This document shows positions 12,187-43,785 of a DNA stretch of 64,000 nt, in pieces. The translations under genes and the position numbers were made by a program. Under the pieces are notes generated by a model. It was given only the letters and a program-made list of their open reading frames with translations, made no database searches and had not been told where the DNA came from. The DNA comes from Macrostomum lignano (Eukaryota): assembly GCA_002269645.1 (NCBI GenBank), contig NIVC01000132.1:186001-250000 (forward strand). Direction: 5' to 3'. Position 1 is the first letter of the stretch, and the number at the start of each line of letters is the position of its first letter.

Positions 12187-14708
12187 ATGTATCTTGTAGA
12201 TAATTGGACATACGCGTGCGCTGTTGTCATTATGACAATGACAATAAGTAGCAGTTTGTGCTTCCCTAATCCAGAGCTGGATCTCCAGAGTCGGGTCTTG
12301 GTGGATGGCAATGGTTCACTTAGTGAAGCCCCAAAAAGTATTAGAAAGTTGCAAAATCAATTCTCAGGACCTCAATCCAATATACAAGCAAGCGGCCTAA
12401 ATAAAGAGTCAGAAGACTCCACCACTGTGTCGAATCCAGAACCAGATGTGACATCACCGACTCAGCCACCGGAAGGAGACTCAACCACTATGTCGAATAC
12501 GGAACCAGATGTGACATCACCGAGTCAGCCACCGGAAGGAGACTCAACCACTATGTCGAATACGGAACCAGATGTGACATCACCGAGTCAGCCACCGGAA
12601 GGAGACTCAACCACTATGTCGAATACGGAACCAGATGTGACATCACCGACTCAGCCACCGGAAGGAGACTCAACCACTATGTCGAATACGGAACCAGATG
12701 TGACATCACCGACTCAGCCACCGGAAGGAGACTCAACCACTGTGTCGAATACGGAACCAGAGGGGACCTCACCGACTCAGCCACCGGAAGGAGACTCAAC
12801 CACTGTGTCGAATACGGAACCAGAGGGACCTCACCGACTCAGCCACCGGAAGGAGACTCAACCACTATGTCGAATACGGAACCAGAGGGGACCTCACCGA
12901 GTCAGCCACCGGAAGGAGACTCAACCACTATGTCGAATACGGAACCAGAGGGGACCTCACCGAGTCAGCCACCGGAAGGAGACTCAACCACTATGTCGAA
13001 TACGGAACCAGAGGGGACCTCACCGACTCAGCCACCGGAAGGAGACTCAACCACTATGTCGAATACGGAACCAGAGGGGACCTCACCGAGTCAGCCACCG
13101 GAAGGAGACTCAACCACTATGTCGAATACGGAACCAGAGGGGACCTCACCGACTCAGCCACCGGAAGGAGACTCAACCACTATGTCGAATACGGAACCAG
13201 ATGTGACATCCCCGACTCAGCCAACAGAAGAAAGCTCAACAGAAGTCACGACAGATGCTACCCTCAATTCTACAAGTACAATTGCACCAGAAACGAAGCC
13301 TGAAGACAACACCAACTCATGTAAGCGTTCTTTTTCTATCAAATTTTCGTTACAAACTGACGCACATAATATCGTAAGAAAAATTTGTCATTCCAGGGGC
13401 GGTACCAGTTTTGATTACAATCTGCACCTTGTTTGTGATCAGTCTTGGTGTTCTCACCTTTTTTGGCTGGCGTCTGATGAAAATCAGGTAGGTAGTCACA
13501 AGTCGCGTGTCGCTTACGGGCTGGGCTGGCTTATATATACAGCGACCATGAATTCAGAATGGATTCGGTGTCCGCTACATGTACCTTAGTGCGTCCAAAA
13601 AGTTCTTAGACACCCCTCATATCTCTATCTCTGCAAACCCGATAAAAAATTACAGAAACATGAACCTATATGTAATGAATTCAGTGCTAAAGTTTCAGCT
13701 TAATCGGGTTGACAGAGCAAAAGCAATCAATCATTTACTGAGGAACCTACGAAATTAGCAATGCGATTTTATCGTAGTTAAAAAAGTTATCGAGCAAACA
13801 GTTCAAACTGGAAGTTCCAGAACTTCAAGAAACAGAACACCAATCGTGAAAATCTTCAAAGTAATCGCCATTCCCTTATGCTGCTTACTGCTTTGTTATT
13901 TTTGCTCTTTAATCTATGGCTAAGCCTTCACAGCTTGCAAGTAATTATTAATCAATCAATACTCGGCTAAAGCAGCGATGTTTTTTTATTCATTTTCTAA
14001 AACATCAGCTGCGATTTCCCCACTGGGGTTCAGCTTCGATGCTCTTCAAAAATCGCATTGATAATTTTGTGGTTTCCTCAGTAAATGATCGATTGCTTTT
14101 GCTCTGTCAACCCGATTAAGCTGAATTCACTACATATAGGCCCATATGTGCGTATTTTTTTATCAAAATAACTCAAACAGATGCCGAGGTATGAAGGGCC
14201 TGTCTAAGAACATTTTGGACGCACTAAGGTACATTTGTCTATGGTCCATGTACAAAGGGGTTGTAGCCAAGGATCAATATACAGGAATATAAGATCTATG
14301 GTTGAAGCCTCGTGGTTAGAGCGCCAGACTCGCGACTAAAGGGACTAGAAATCTTCATATCTGGAGGCTCAAAATTGCCATGATCGGGAAACAAACAAAC
14401 CATGATCGGTGATATTTATAAGCTTTTACATAGTAAAAAAATCAATCCTTTGAAGGTTGGCCCATAAGACTTTTTTTACCTGTAGCTTTTGTTTCTAAAA
14501 ACTGGTCCCAAGGAGCTCGTACAGAATAAAATACGATAAACCTGCGTATTACAGAAAAGTGATTGCGAACACGACCAATGCTTCGAACAACAACAACAAC
14601 AACTACGGGGCCAGGGACAACCCTGCCTACATCGGCAATGCAGACGAGGGCAATAATAATCGTGCTGCTTCTGGGCGATTTCAGCCCAGGCGATCTACTG
14701 AGCCTTAA
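12187..14708 (+). CDS. Type I single-pass mucin-like membrane protein (signal peptide, S/T/P-rich repeat stalk, TM helix, NPxY tail); one frameshift in the assembly
   Basis: Exon 1 12187-13320 has a hydrophobic N-terminus, ~13 repeats of 21 aa, and a 1-nt loss at GGG 12825-12827 versus GGGG in sister units; donor gtaagc. Exon 2 13397-13487 gives WAVPVLITICTLFVISLGVLTFFGWRLMKI. Exon 3 14525 (or 14555)-14708 gives RIKYDKPAYYRKVIANTT...RDNPAYIGNADEG...STEP*. Phases are consistent once the G is restored (~469 aa). Confidence 0.75.
12419..13225 (+). repeat. Coding VNTR, 63-bp unit (NTEPDVTSPTQPPEGDSTTMS)
   Basis: About 13 near-identical units in two subtypes (DVTSP and EGTSP). Confidence 0.97.
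13579..14234. mobile_element. MITE with ~190-bp terminal inverted repeats, Tc1/mariner-like, in intron 2 of the mucin-like gene
   Basis: Left arm atgtaccttagtgcgtccaaaagttcttagac...ttcagcttaatcgggttgacagagcaaaagcaatc...ttactgaggaa is the reverse complement of the right arm ending ggacgcactaaggtacat. TA flanks both ends. No transposase ORF. Confidence 0.88.
14306..14345 (+). mobile_element. Truncated SINE head (A-box region)
   Basis: agcctcgtggttagagcgccagactcgcgactaaa resembles the head of the SINE at 21014-21283 (agcctaatggttagagcgttggactcgcgactgaaa). Confidence 0.55.
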
Positions 14709-15235
14709 AAATAGTGTTCTTTCACTATGCTTTTCTGACAGCAACATTGGTACAGAAGCTATCCTCAAAGCTGATGAAAAATGCACTGCTTCTTGCTGTA
14801 TATTCCGGATATTGAATAATTTATTTACATGTACGTGCTTCTCCTACAGCCGCTCCTTGACTTGATTATAGAAGGCACAGTTTTGCTAAGAACTCCTGCG
14901 GCTAACTTTATTCGTGATTATTTCATACACCTAAATATGCTATTAATGCTATCCCTAGTATATTTAGTTGGTATTACGTTAATTATTCCTAATTATGGTA
15001 CCAATTCTCTGCCTATAGCCAATGATAATATTCTGTAATATCTCATATCGCCTTATGGCAGAGTTTCCTTTAGCGCCTTCATGTGATATAAGGTCAGCGG
15101 CCGCCAGGATATGCAAAGCTTTCAAGGTCTCAAGACCCCAAAGGTCTCAAAGATGCAACTTTAAATCACTTATAGACGGTCGACCTCTTTTTTCCTATTT
15201 TATGTACACGTGTAACAGATTCGATCAGCTTCTTA

Positions 15236-15830
15236 ATAACAGCAACAACAACAACCATCACCACAACAAGAACCACCACAACAACAACAACAACAACAAC
15301 ACAAAATACATGTACGCAGTCCCCCAGTTAGTCAGTGTGGAGGGAGCGTCAGATGGCGCGGAGCTGAAGCGCCAGCGAGCGACCAAAGTCCGGCCCATTG
15401 ACGGTTTCGGGTGCCCCAGCATCGCTAAGGATGCAGTCCGTACATGTATCTCCGGGTCCTCGCTTGACCCCGCCTAAACGGTCCCGGCAACAAAAGTGAG
15501 CAGCAGCTGACGTCCTCGGGAAAATTAGGCTTGGGGCAGCAGTTCTCAGCCCGGATCACGTGGCCTGCCAGTTGAAGTCGCCTCTGATGCAGGATGGTGC
15601 GGTGCATGGTCGTTGCAGCTGGGCCAACCGGAGTGCGCCGAGAGTCCAGCTGCCTTTCCAGCGTGGCCGTCGATCAGCGTCCACGTCTCGGGCGTTGTAC
15701 AGCAGGACGATCTCGACTACTGCCTGCCACCTAGCCCTCTGGCGGTCGGGCAGCGCCCAGGCGAGCCGGATGTCGTCCTCATAACGTTGGCACCAGGCCG
15801 CTGAGGTAGATGAACTGCCGGCGGCACGCA
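15236..15830 (-). mobile_element. 5'-truncated, frameshifted RTE-like non-LTR retrotransposon 3' end with (TTG)n tail
   Basis: The minus strand gives WQAVVEIVLLYNA/ETWTL/TATLERQLDS and ILHQRRLQLAGHVIRAE across frameshifts, typical of the RTE-clade ORF2 C-terminus. It is followed by an (AAC)n run at 15236-15304 on the plus strand. Confidence 0.8.
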
Positions 15831-17607
15831 AGCTTTTCAAGTAAAGTATTTTTTGAGCCATAAGCACCTATATTTTCTTTAAAAATACCTATAAACAATT
15901 ATAAATAACCCATTGATCGTTTCATGTCTTCTTCGAGCAAGGAAGCTTAAGGGCCCTTTTCCAAGGCAACAATTTTGAATAGCTCGATCTTGCATGCGTT
16001 GAAATGTTGAAATTTAAATTTTAACCCGAAGAGCATGCCAAGCATTTCTCTGTTGCAAAAATGTATTCTGAGTATGTTATTTTGTATGAAATCGTAACAA
16101 TAAACTTTAGTAATTCACGACCTGATACATCTATTCCAGCTACAGTCCCCTTAGCAATTTATACTGTCTAGCTAGCTCACTATAGGCTCACAAAGCAACC
16201 AGAATTAAACTACGACTATACTCATGTCTCTCAGCGACAGCAAGTTGTCCATGGTTTTAATCAAGTAATTGTTTGCAAATTTTGTCTCAAAGTCTTATAT
16301 ACATGTATACTTAAGTCGTCCTTCGAATGAAATTACTGCAAAGCCCTGATGCCCAGTTGTTAAAAATTAAAATGGTTAAAACTAATATTTAATTTTTTTA
16401 AGTAGTCGGTGAGTTGTATCGTGATTTGTATCGTGAGTTGTATCGTTTCTAAGCTATTCTTGTTTATTTGAATACTCGACATGTAAAAGTAGCAATACCG
16501 GATTTACGAAGTCGTTTTTAGAAACTATAGACTCTTGGCGGTGATTTAACTAGAAAAGTTTGTCACAAATATTTCCTTTAAACGCCACAGCCTGTAACGA
16601 AAGAATTGTCTAAAAAATCTGCTCCTGTCATTTGTTTGCGAAGTAAATTCAAGCGAACTTTCTATCGCTCTATCGTAAGAACGAAAATATGCTGAATGCA
16701 TCAAACGATAGTATACTTCGTAAGTTTTCAATAATTGCATGTATCTCATGTACCTAGAAGTCTAGTCGTTTTATAATTTATGTTGGACCTACAACTTTCT
16801 TTATGAATGTCCATCGCTGTCGAGCAACGTATCAGATAGTGACTAATTGCATTGATAATGATTTTCAAGGAATAGCACAAGTGTCTTTACTTAATTTAAG
16901 TATAAAAAACAAACCTAACACTTAAATATTTTCATTGCTAAGTTACTTTGATTAAAATATTACTTGACATTTTAAATGTCGTCCTGGACGCATCTACCAC
17001 TCAATAAAACTAGATCTTTAAAACGGTTTAGGTTTAAGAAAAAAGTGTAAGCCTTTGCTGGGTTTCATTTTCAGAGATGTTTTATTCATTCTAAGCCCTT
17101 CTATTATTTTTCTGCTGCTCACCCTTCTACCCTTCCTTCTAACAAAGACTAAAGAGTTGTAAGCTAGCTTTTTAAATTATCTATAAATGGAAAAAGGCAT
17201 TTAAAAAAGTAAGTTTTCAAAATTAGTAGAAAAAGTGTTTGTTGTCAAAACTAACAAGAATTCAACTAAATAGTCATAAAACCAGCTTTTCTCGATATCC
17301 ACTTCTTAATATAAGAAAATATAAAAGTCTACCCTCTTTAATTTACTAGGTTCGATTTAATCTGTTAAACGCAAAAATGCTTTTTAAGTTCACTATATGA
17401 GTTTATGACTAAACATATTATAAGAGTAGGAGAGTCACTTACATTTTCGTGGTAGTCATAAAGTATTTACAAATAGTTTATTTAAATCATACAAGAATAG
17501 ACTATTGCAGTATCGTTAATAGTTAATAATAAATAATAATAATAATAATAAAAATAAATAAATAAATAATAAATAAAACTGCAAGCTTAAAATATTTGAC
17601 AATCCAG

Positions 17608-24108
<6,501 letters not shown>

Positions 24109-26359
24109 CCTTTTAATGCAAATCGACTGCACTTTTTGAGCCGTCGACGTTCTATCTGATTTCTTGTGATTTTAGCGGAATTTTAGTCAAGTTACGACAC
24201 TTTTGGATTGTCGTATTTTTCCGGATTTTCTTCCGGATTTTCGACGACTATAATTTTCAGTTTTTGGTTTCGCTATTTCGTTCTGCAATTCGCTATGATT
24301 GAGAAATTCGAGATCAATTATAATGTATTACCTGCCAAAATTTAATAAACAGCTGCTTTATGTTAATTGCTACTTGGGATAAAAATGATAAATAATATTC
24401 ATACTGTGTTGCTATCTCTGACTCTAGTTAATGGATCAATTAGTTCCTTGAACCACAAGTCGGAGTTTTAAGGTTTTTGACGTGATTTGCACGTATTTTT
24501 TCGACGCTATGTAGCTCTCTTTTAATAGATTTATTAACCTTCTGCGACATTCCACATAAATATTTGTAACTGTATACTTTTTCGATGTGAATGCTATTAA
24601 CTTGACCTCCCAACAAGATCAAGACGACTTTGTTGATCGTGTATACACATACACGTACATGTATGTACCGAGTATGTTGTCATTTAAACTTTCTACTTGC
24701 AAGGATTATATTTATAGCCTCTAAGAGAATTTTACATGTAACTATGATTACAAAGTGAAGTTTAAGTTTTTTTATTTGCAAACCTACGATTACATGTAAA
24801 TTGATTATTAACATGAGCCTTCGTATTTTACCTGACTGTTATAGTTTTCTTTTTTAAATTACTGTACGGCGTCAAAGCTCCACATTTAATTTTAAGCCGT
24901 ATGCTTAAATTTATCGAGGGTATTCGTCCATTTTTTTAATTGGGCGCGCAGGTACAAATAGAACTTTTACTTTCGAGGTGCTAATAGCTAAGGTAGTACC
25001 TCGAATCGAAAGTACATCTAGCTGTACCTCGAACTCGTACTGTACGTATACATGAAATTTATTTTAAGAAAACTACTTTTGTTAGGAATGCATTAGGGTA
25101 GGTAAAAATTACAGTGTTTGCAAAGACTAAAAATGCACAAATGGTAGATTAGATAAAGTTGTACAGAATTTTTCGTAAATCTTGCGACACGGACGCGCAC
25201 TATAGATGAAAAATGCTTTTGCACCGCAACATGGGCTATGCACCTAGTCAAGGCATGAATAAAACAACATTTTCGGTGTTTCGTAATGAAAACAGAAAAT
25301 CCTTGCTTATAGTATCGCTTCAAGAACCAAAATTAACTGAATCTGTTAGAAATCACCACTGATTTCTATTGTTCATTCAATTCAGTCACCAGTAAGGCAT
25401 AAAAATCTTAGCAAAATATAGAATCGTCAAATATAGGAACTAAAATTTAGTTTAGGAATTAAAACATTTGTTTTATTGTTATTGACGGTACTTTTTATAT
25501 TATTAAAACATTTGTTATAACGTTTGATTCCTAAACAAATTTCTACGAACATAAATTTTTAACTTGCATTTCCGCGCCATATTTTTGGTTAAAAGTTTAA
25601 TCCTGTTAGCTTCAATTGAATTTGATTTTCCCTTATTATACTTTTATTGTGCTTTCAGTTGTCGCTATGTACTTAATATTTTAGCTAGATAAAAGCAAAC
25701 ATTCATAGCGTCATAGCGCTTAGTAAATTCATTTTAATGAATGAAAGGCTAATGATTGCGTATAATTTGTATCTTTAACGTTAATTTGACAAAATATTCC
25801 TAATTTTTGGGAGCACTGCTCTGTAATTTTTTGTTAGATAATTATTTTGTTTTAGATTTATAAATAAGATAGATTTGCGTTACTATTTCGAAAAAACACA
25901 ATAGTCTGGTCCTAACTCCTAATACTTAAAGAAAGCAGATTACTGCTACTGAAATTAGAAAGAAATGGTAGAAATCCTAAGTGGGTAATATAACGTAACG
26001 CTTTTACTTTAGGATACTTTTTCCTACAATATGTGTGTTTTATTTTCTCTTAATGTTCTCTCCTATAAGGAATATAGAAACATTGTCTGCTTTTGTATAA
26101 CTTTCAGTTCAATATTTCTATGCTGTCCAGATACGGTATTTCACAGCTCAAGTATTTACTGCAGATTTCAGTACAATAAATTCAACCTGATATCTTAATA
26201 TCGTTAATGTTATCTTTATCTTTGTAATATGTAGCTTTATTGATGTAAACAGTAAAATTATTTTAGAGATTTTTTGCAAGCGATTTATTAATAAAACATT
26301 GCATAAACTTATAAAAAATTCAGTTGCATTGATTAAGTACTTTCCTTTTTCAGCTTGGC

Positions 26360-38999
<12,640 letters not shown>

Positions 39000-39289
39000 C
39001 GTGTTTGTAAATCTTGTAAACGGCTAAATAACCAGCGTCATAAGTTTCGAATTTTCAGCATACTTTTGAGCAGTTGTAATTGCTTGAAACTCGCTGATAA
39101 TCAAAGAAATTTGGGCCAACAGGTTTTTTAATGTTTTCATTTCCATTAATATTACTGAGTGTAATTAATCATATGATATAGGACCTGTAGTGAGGTCCAC
39201 CAATTCCGACTGGTGAAGCAAATTGTAGGTAGAAAATGTAGAAAAGTTAACAGAAGACAGTAGATACTTAGACGGACAGCCAGCCGTAA

Positions 39290-39383
39290 TGACGTCATTC
39301 TGTGAATGAATCTCTGATTGGCTACTCGGCCGATGACGTCATCTTTCAAAAAGCCCTGATTGGTTAATCCTATGATGACGTCA
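39290..39383. promoter_or_regulatory. Three CRE palindromes (TGACGTCA) alternating with two CCAAT boxes
   Basis: TGACGTCA at 39290, 39334 and 39376; CTGATTGG at 39314 and 39356. Function not shown. Confidence 0.45.
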
Positions 39384-40014
39384 TTTTAGCAATTTCTATA
39401 AAAATGCATGATTTTTGTATGAATTTTCGGTAAAGTACGACGTTCTGTCGATCCATAAAAATAGTTTTTTAAGCTAAAAAATAATACCGCATAAAAAATA
39501 TGATTACTGACATCACTGCACCATCTACGAGTACTTCTTGAATTACTTCTCATCAATTATCACCTTAGTTCTCGTTGGATATTGCTGTGCAAAAACTTAA
39601 TGCTCGGGCTGTGCCCGTCACAAAAATTTGCTTATTGACTGATTATTAAATATTTAGTTCCTATGCGTCATTGTTGGCGTCCTATATTGTACCTTTTTGC
39701 AGAATTACCAAAGTATTTTTAATAGATAAATAGATAATCAATTTCACAGGTTTACTAGTAGTAGTACGTATCGAGCGGATAGCTATAGATTAAAGCAACT
39801 TTTATTCGGGTTTTCAGCAGTAGTTTAATTCCCAAGCCTACGAGTATTAGAATGAACTCAATGATTTATATTATTATTATTTTGCATTAATATATATTGT
39901 GATAGTAACGATTAAAAATTGCAGCAGAAATTAAATGGGATGTTGAATTGAAGTCGCGTTTTATTGGTAAAAGTACTTATTTATTTTTACAGGCTAACTT
40001 GCGTGTTTAGAGTT

Positions 40015-40720
40015 AGGGTTTAGTGACTGGTGTGTATTAAGGTTTAGTGACTTAAGGTTTTAGGATTTGGGATTTAGTGACTGGTGTGTTTAAGGTTTAG
40101 TGACTGGTGTTTTTAAGGTTTAGTGACTGGTGTGTTTAGGTTTAGTGACTGGTGTGTTTAGGTTTAGTGTCTGGTGTGTTTAGGGTTAGTGACTGGTGTG
40201 TTTAAGGTTTAGTAACTGGTGTATTTAAGGTTTAGTGACTTAGGTTTTAGGGTTTGGGGTTTAGTGACTGGTGTGTTTAAGGTTTAGTAACTGGTGTGTT
40301 CAAGGTTTAGTGTCTGGTGTGTTTAAGGTTTAGTGACTGGTGTGTTTAGGGTTAGTGACTGGTGTGTTTAAGGTTAGTGACTGGTGTGTTTATGTTTAGT
40401 GTCTGGTGTGTTTAGGTTTAGTGACTGGTGTGTTTAGGTTTAGTGACTGGTGTGTTTAGGTTTAGTGACTGGTGTGTTTAAGGTTTAGTGACTTAGGTTT
40501 TAGGGTTTGGGGTTTAGTGACTGGTGTGTTTAAGGTTTAGTAACTGGTGTGTTCAAGGTTTAGTGTCTGGTGTGTTTAAGGTTTAGTGACTGGTGTGTTT
40601 AGGTTTAGTGACTGGTGTGTTTAGGTTTAATAACTGGTGTGTTTAGGGGTTTAGTGCCTGATGTGTTTAGATTTAGTGACTGGTGTGTATTTAGGTTTAG
40701 TGACTGGTGTGTTTAGTGAC
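40015..40720. repeat. 22/23-bp minisatellite GGTTTAGTGACTGGTGTGTTTA
   Basis: About 30 copies with occasional ttttagggtttgggg variant units. Confidence 0.95.
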
Positions 40721-41088
40721 AGGGGGTCATAAGGTGATAGCGGCTCAAAGAGGATGCATCACTCCACTGCTTGTCTGTGAAATGTATTTAAAATTCACTT
40801 TAATTAGCAAGTTCGTCTTGATATCGGATATTGACTTCAACAATGCAGCTAAAATGAAATCGCATCGTTCACAATACTGGAAAATATATTTTTCAATGTT
40901 TCATTTCGAAATAAAACGGATGCAGGTACAATAAAATAATGATCCGTCTGGTCGATAACGTCATCACACGTCATGAGCAATCTTTTGAAAGGAAACAGTT
41001 AAAAAGGATAGGTAATGAGGGCTTATGGAACAGTTCCGTACAAATAATTCCCGAGTTACGTGGAAAACAATTTCATTGTATTTTGTTT

Positions 41089-43300
41089 TCAATTGCGCGG
41101 TTTAACCCTGAGCACGCCGTGATCGATGACTTCGGACACGGCGTACCTGTCCGAGACGTGGCGCGGACGCGGCGGCGCCTTCCGGCGTCCGGCGCCGGCC
41201 GAGTTGTGAGCGGAGGCGTCCTCGACCAGGTAGTCCTCGGCGTACCAGACGTCCCAGTCCCAGTGCCAGTTGCGCCCGTCCTCGGCGTAGATCAGCATGC
41301 TGTGTTTGGCCCGGCGCTCCTCCTGCCTGCGCTGCATGTCCTTGTCGCCGGCGAAGCAGGTGCCCTTGCCAGTGAAGTCGCAGTCGTACGGATAGAGCAG
41401 CAGCTTGCGCAAGGTTTTGTACCGCTTGAACAGGTCGCTCTCCTCGTCGCGAATCTCTGAGTTCATCCGGGTGTAAGCCAGCTTGTAGAAGTCCAAGCGC
41501 ATCCGCTTGATGTGCTCGTAGATGTCCATGATGATGCGCCCGATGTCCGGCACGTCCACCTTGTGGAAGCCCTCGATTTTGTCGATCACCTGGCATTGCG
41601 CGGGTGACTTTTTTGTAACTGCTTCGATTTGTGGACTAATCAAGAGATAGCCTATTGAAGAGTAGCAGGAAAGGACATAAAAGCTAGGCAGAAGCTGAAG
41701 CTCACGCCTCATTGTACTAATTACGGTTCATTAAACAGATCTTCGACCAGTGATATCAGCACACGACCTTTGTAATAAGACTCTCACCTTCTGTATCAGC
41801 GATTTATCCCAGTAGCCCTCGTCGCCCCAGAACTGCTTCTTGGTCTGCGCCACCAGCTGCAGCAGTTTCTCTTCTCTGGCGCCGCCTTCTTTCTCGTTTT
41901 TGCCCAGCTGGCAGGACAGCGCCTCGTCGCTCCAGGGAATGTAATCGGTGAGCAGGACAATCAGGATATAGAACCAGGTCTCGATGTCCATCATGTAGTT
42001 GGCCGGCTCCAGGTTGAGCACAGCAACGGACATGTAGCGCCGGCTGCCCATGGTGATGTCCGGCTTGTTCTCCGAGCAGATCTTCGACAGGCCGTAGTCC
42101 AACAAGTAGACAGTGTTGGTCATCTTGCCGATGCCCAGGCACAAGTTGTCCGGCTTGAGATCCAGGTGTACCATGTTTTTCCTGTGCATGATCAGCAGGC
42201 GGCACAGGAACTGGTCCATCAGTTTCAGGGTGGTCTGCACCGAGTAGAAGATCCTGCCTTCGTGCGAGTGCTTCGCAGCGAAGAACTCCTTCCAGTCGTC
42301 CAGGTTGGGGCCCAGCAGCTCCATGGCGAAGTAGGTCCTGTCCGTGATGTCGTCCTCGCGCAGGCCGAAGATGTTGAACTTCTCCAAGTAGGTCTCCTTG
42401 AAGCTGCACTGCACGCCGTACGGGTCGTAGACGATCACCTGTGAGGACACGAAGTGAGCTAGTCACACAGGATGTAAAACCCAGATTTGAACTTTGTCTG
42501 GATTTGAACCCAGACACGATTTGACGCGCTGATCTACACCGGGTGTGGCCATCACAGACACAGACAGGAGTTGCGCAGAGCCCCCTCTCCCGTGTGCCCT
42601 CCCTCACCTTGCCCAGATCCTTGGTGATGCGTCGATTCCCAACGTAGCTGAAATCGATGGGCAGCGGGAAGCCGACCATGGCGTAGCGGTTGTCCTGATT
42701 GCCGAACAGCTCTTGCAGCAGGTAGAACTCCCTGATCAGGTTGATCTTGCCAACCGAATTGTTTTCCACGTCTTCCGGCGTCAGCGGCTCGAACTTGACG
42801 GCCACCAAGTCCAGACAGTGCTCATCCCGGTACGAGTCCATCAGGGCACCGCGCGTGTTCTTAGTGCTTTTCTTCATCTTCTGCAGGTACTTCACGTAGT
42901 CCTCGTTGTACTTTGGATTAGCGGCCGAGCCTGTTGCATTGGAGACCACTCGAAACACGGAGCCAAAGGCGCCAGCGCCGATGAGGAACAGAGAGGACAG
43001 GGCGTACTTCTGCTTGAACCTTGGATCCGAGTAGATCGCCTGCAGAATCTCGTCGACAATTTCCTCTTGGCTCATTGCGCCCTCGGCATTGTGCAGAGCT
43101 GCGATATCGAAATCTTCATCAGCTTCATGCGTTCGTCGCACGGCCATGATTGTACTTTTATCACTGTTGCCAACGCGCAGAAAGTGCAGCTTCCTTTCTG
43201 AGCCGTTCGACCTGCCCTGGATTACCAAGGTGCTGCGGTTCCCCGGCCGGGTCTGGCGCGAGGTCCGGCTGAGATTCCGCTTCGTGTGCGGCGAAAGCAT
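41089..43300 (-). CDS. Divergent casein kinase 1-family Ser/Thr kinase, 3 exons, ~614 aa
   Basis: Exons 43300-42608, 42438-41788 and 41589-41089, all phase 0 with GT-AG ends. Motifs IGAGAFGSV, VAVKFE, LIREF, AMELLGPNL, VHLDLKPDNLCLG, VYLLDYGLSK, GSRRYMS, DIETWFY and IPWS are of CK1/TTBK type. Confidence 0.88.
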
Positions 43301-43785
43301 TCTGTTATCTGGGTTTGGCTTCTAGAAGAGCTTTTGCGCACTTCTAATTGATTGGCAACGGAAATTTTCTTTTAGACCGCCCAGGTTGCGCTGAAATCTG
43401 CTATCGGGAAAGCCAGCCAAGCCATTCTCAATTGTGGCTGGGCGGGCGAGCTGCGATTTAGTCTATTAGTCTATGGCCGAACTCTGGAGTCAAACAACGA
43501 CTGCTTTAAGAGTAGCTCGTAAAAGCACAAAACACAAAAACTGAATATGTGAAACTTCGGCAAGATGACACAGTATGATAATATTAGATAAGTTTTAATA
43601 TTATTATTAAGTAATAATTTCTATTCTGAGAAATTTCTACCAAAAGTCTAAGCTGTCTACTTAAAAAGTAGTATTAAGGACACACGCTCGTTACAACTAA
43701 AGTTTATTCTCAGAGCTATTAAAATCTGCATGAAAATCTTACGCAAATCTCCGCAACTCAGACCACTTGCGGCTCCGCCTCTCTA

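Noticed and set aside
40015-40720. Interstitial telomere or subtelomere
   Set aside because: Only scattered TTAGGG/TTTAGG words within a 22-bp unit; no contiguous telomeric tract.
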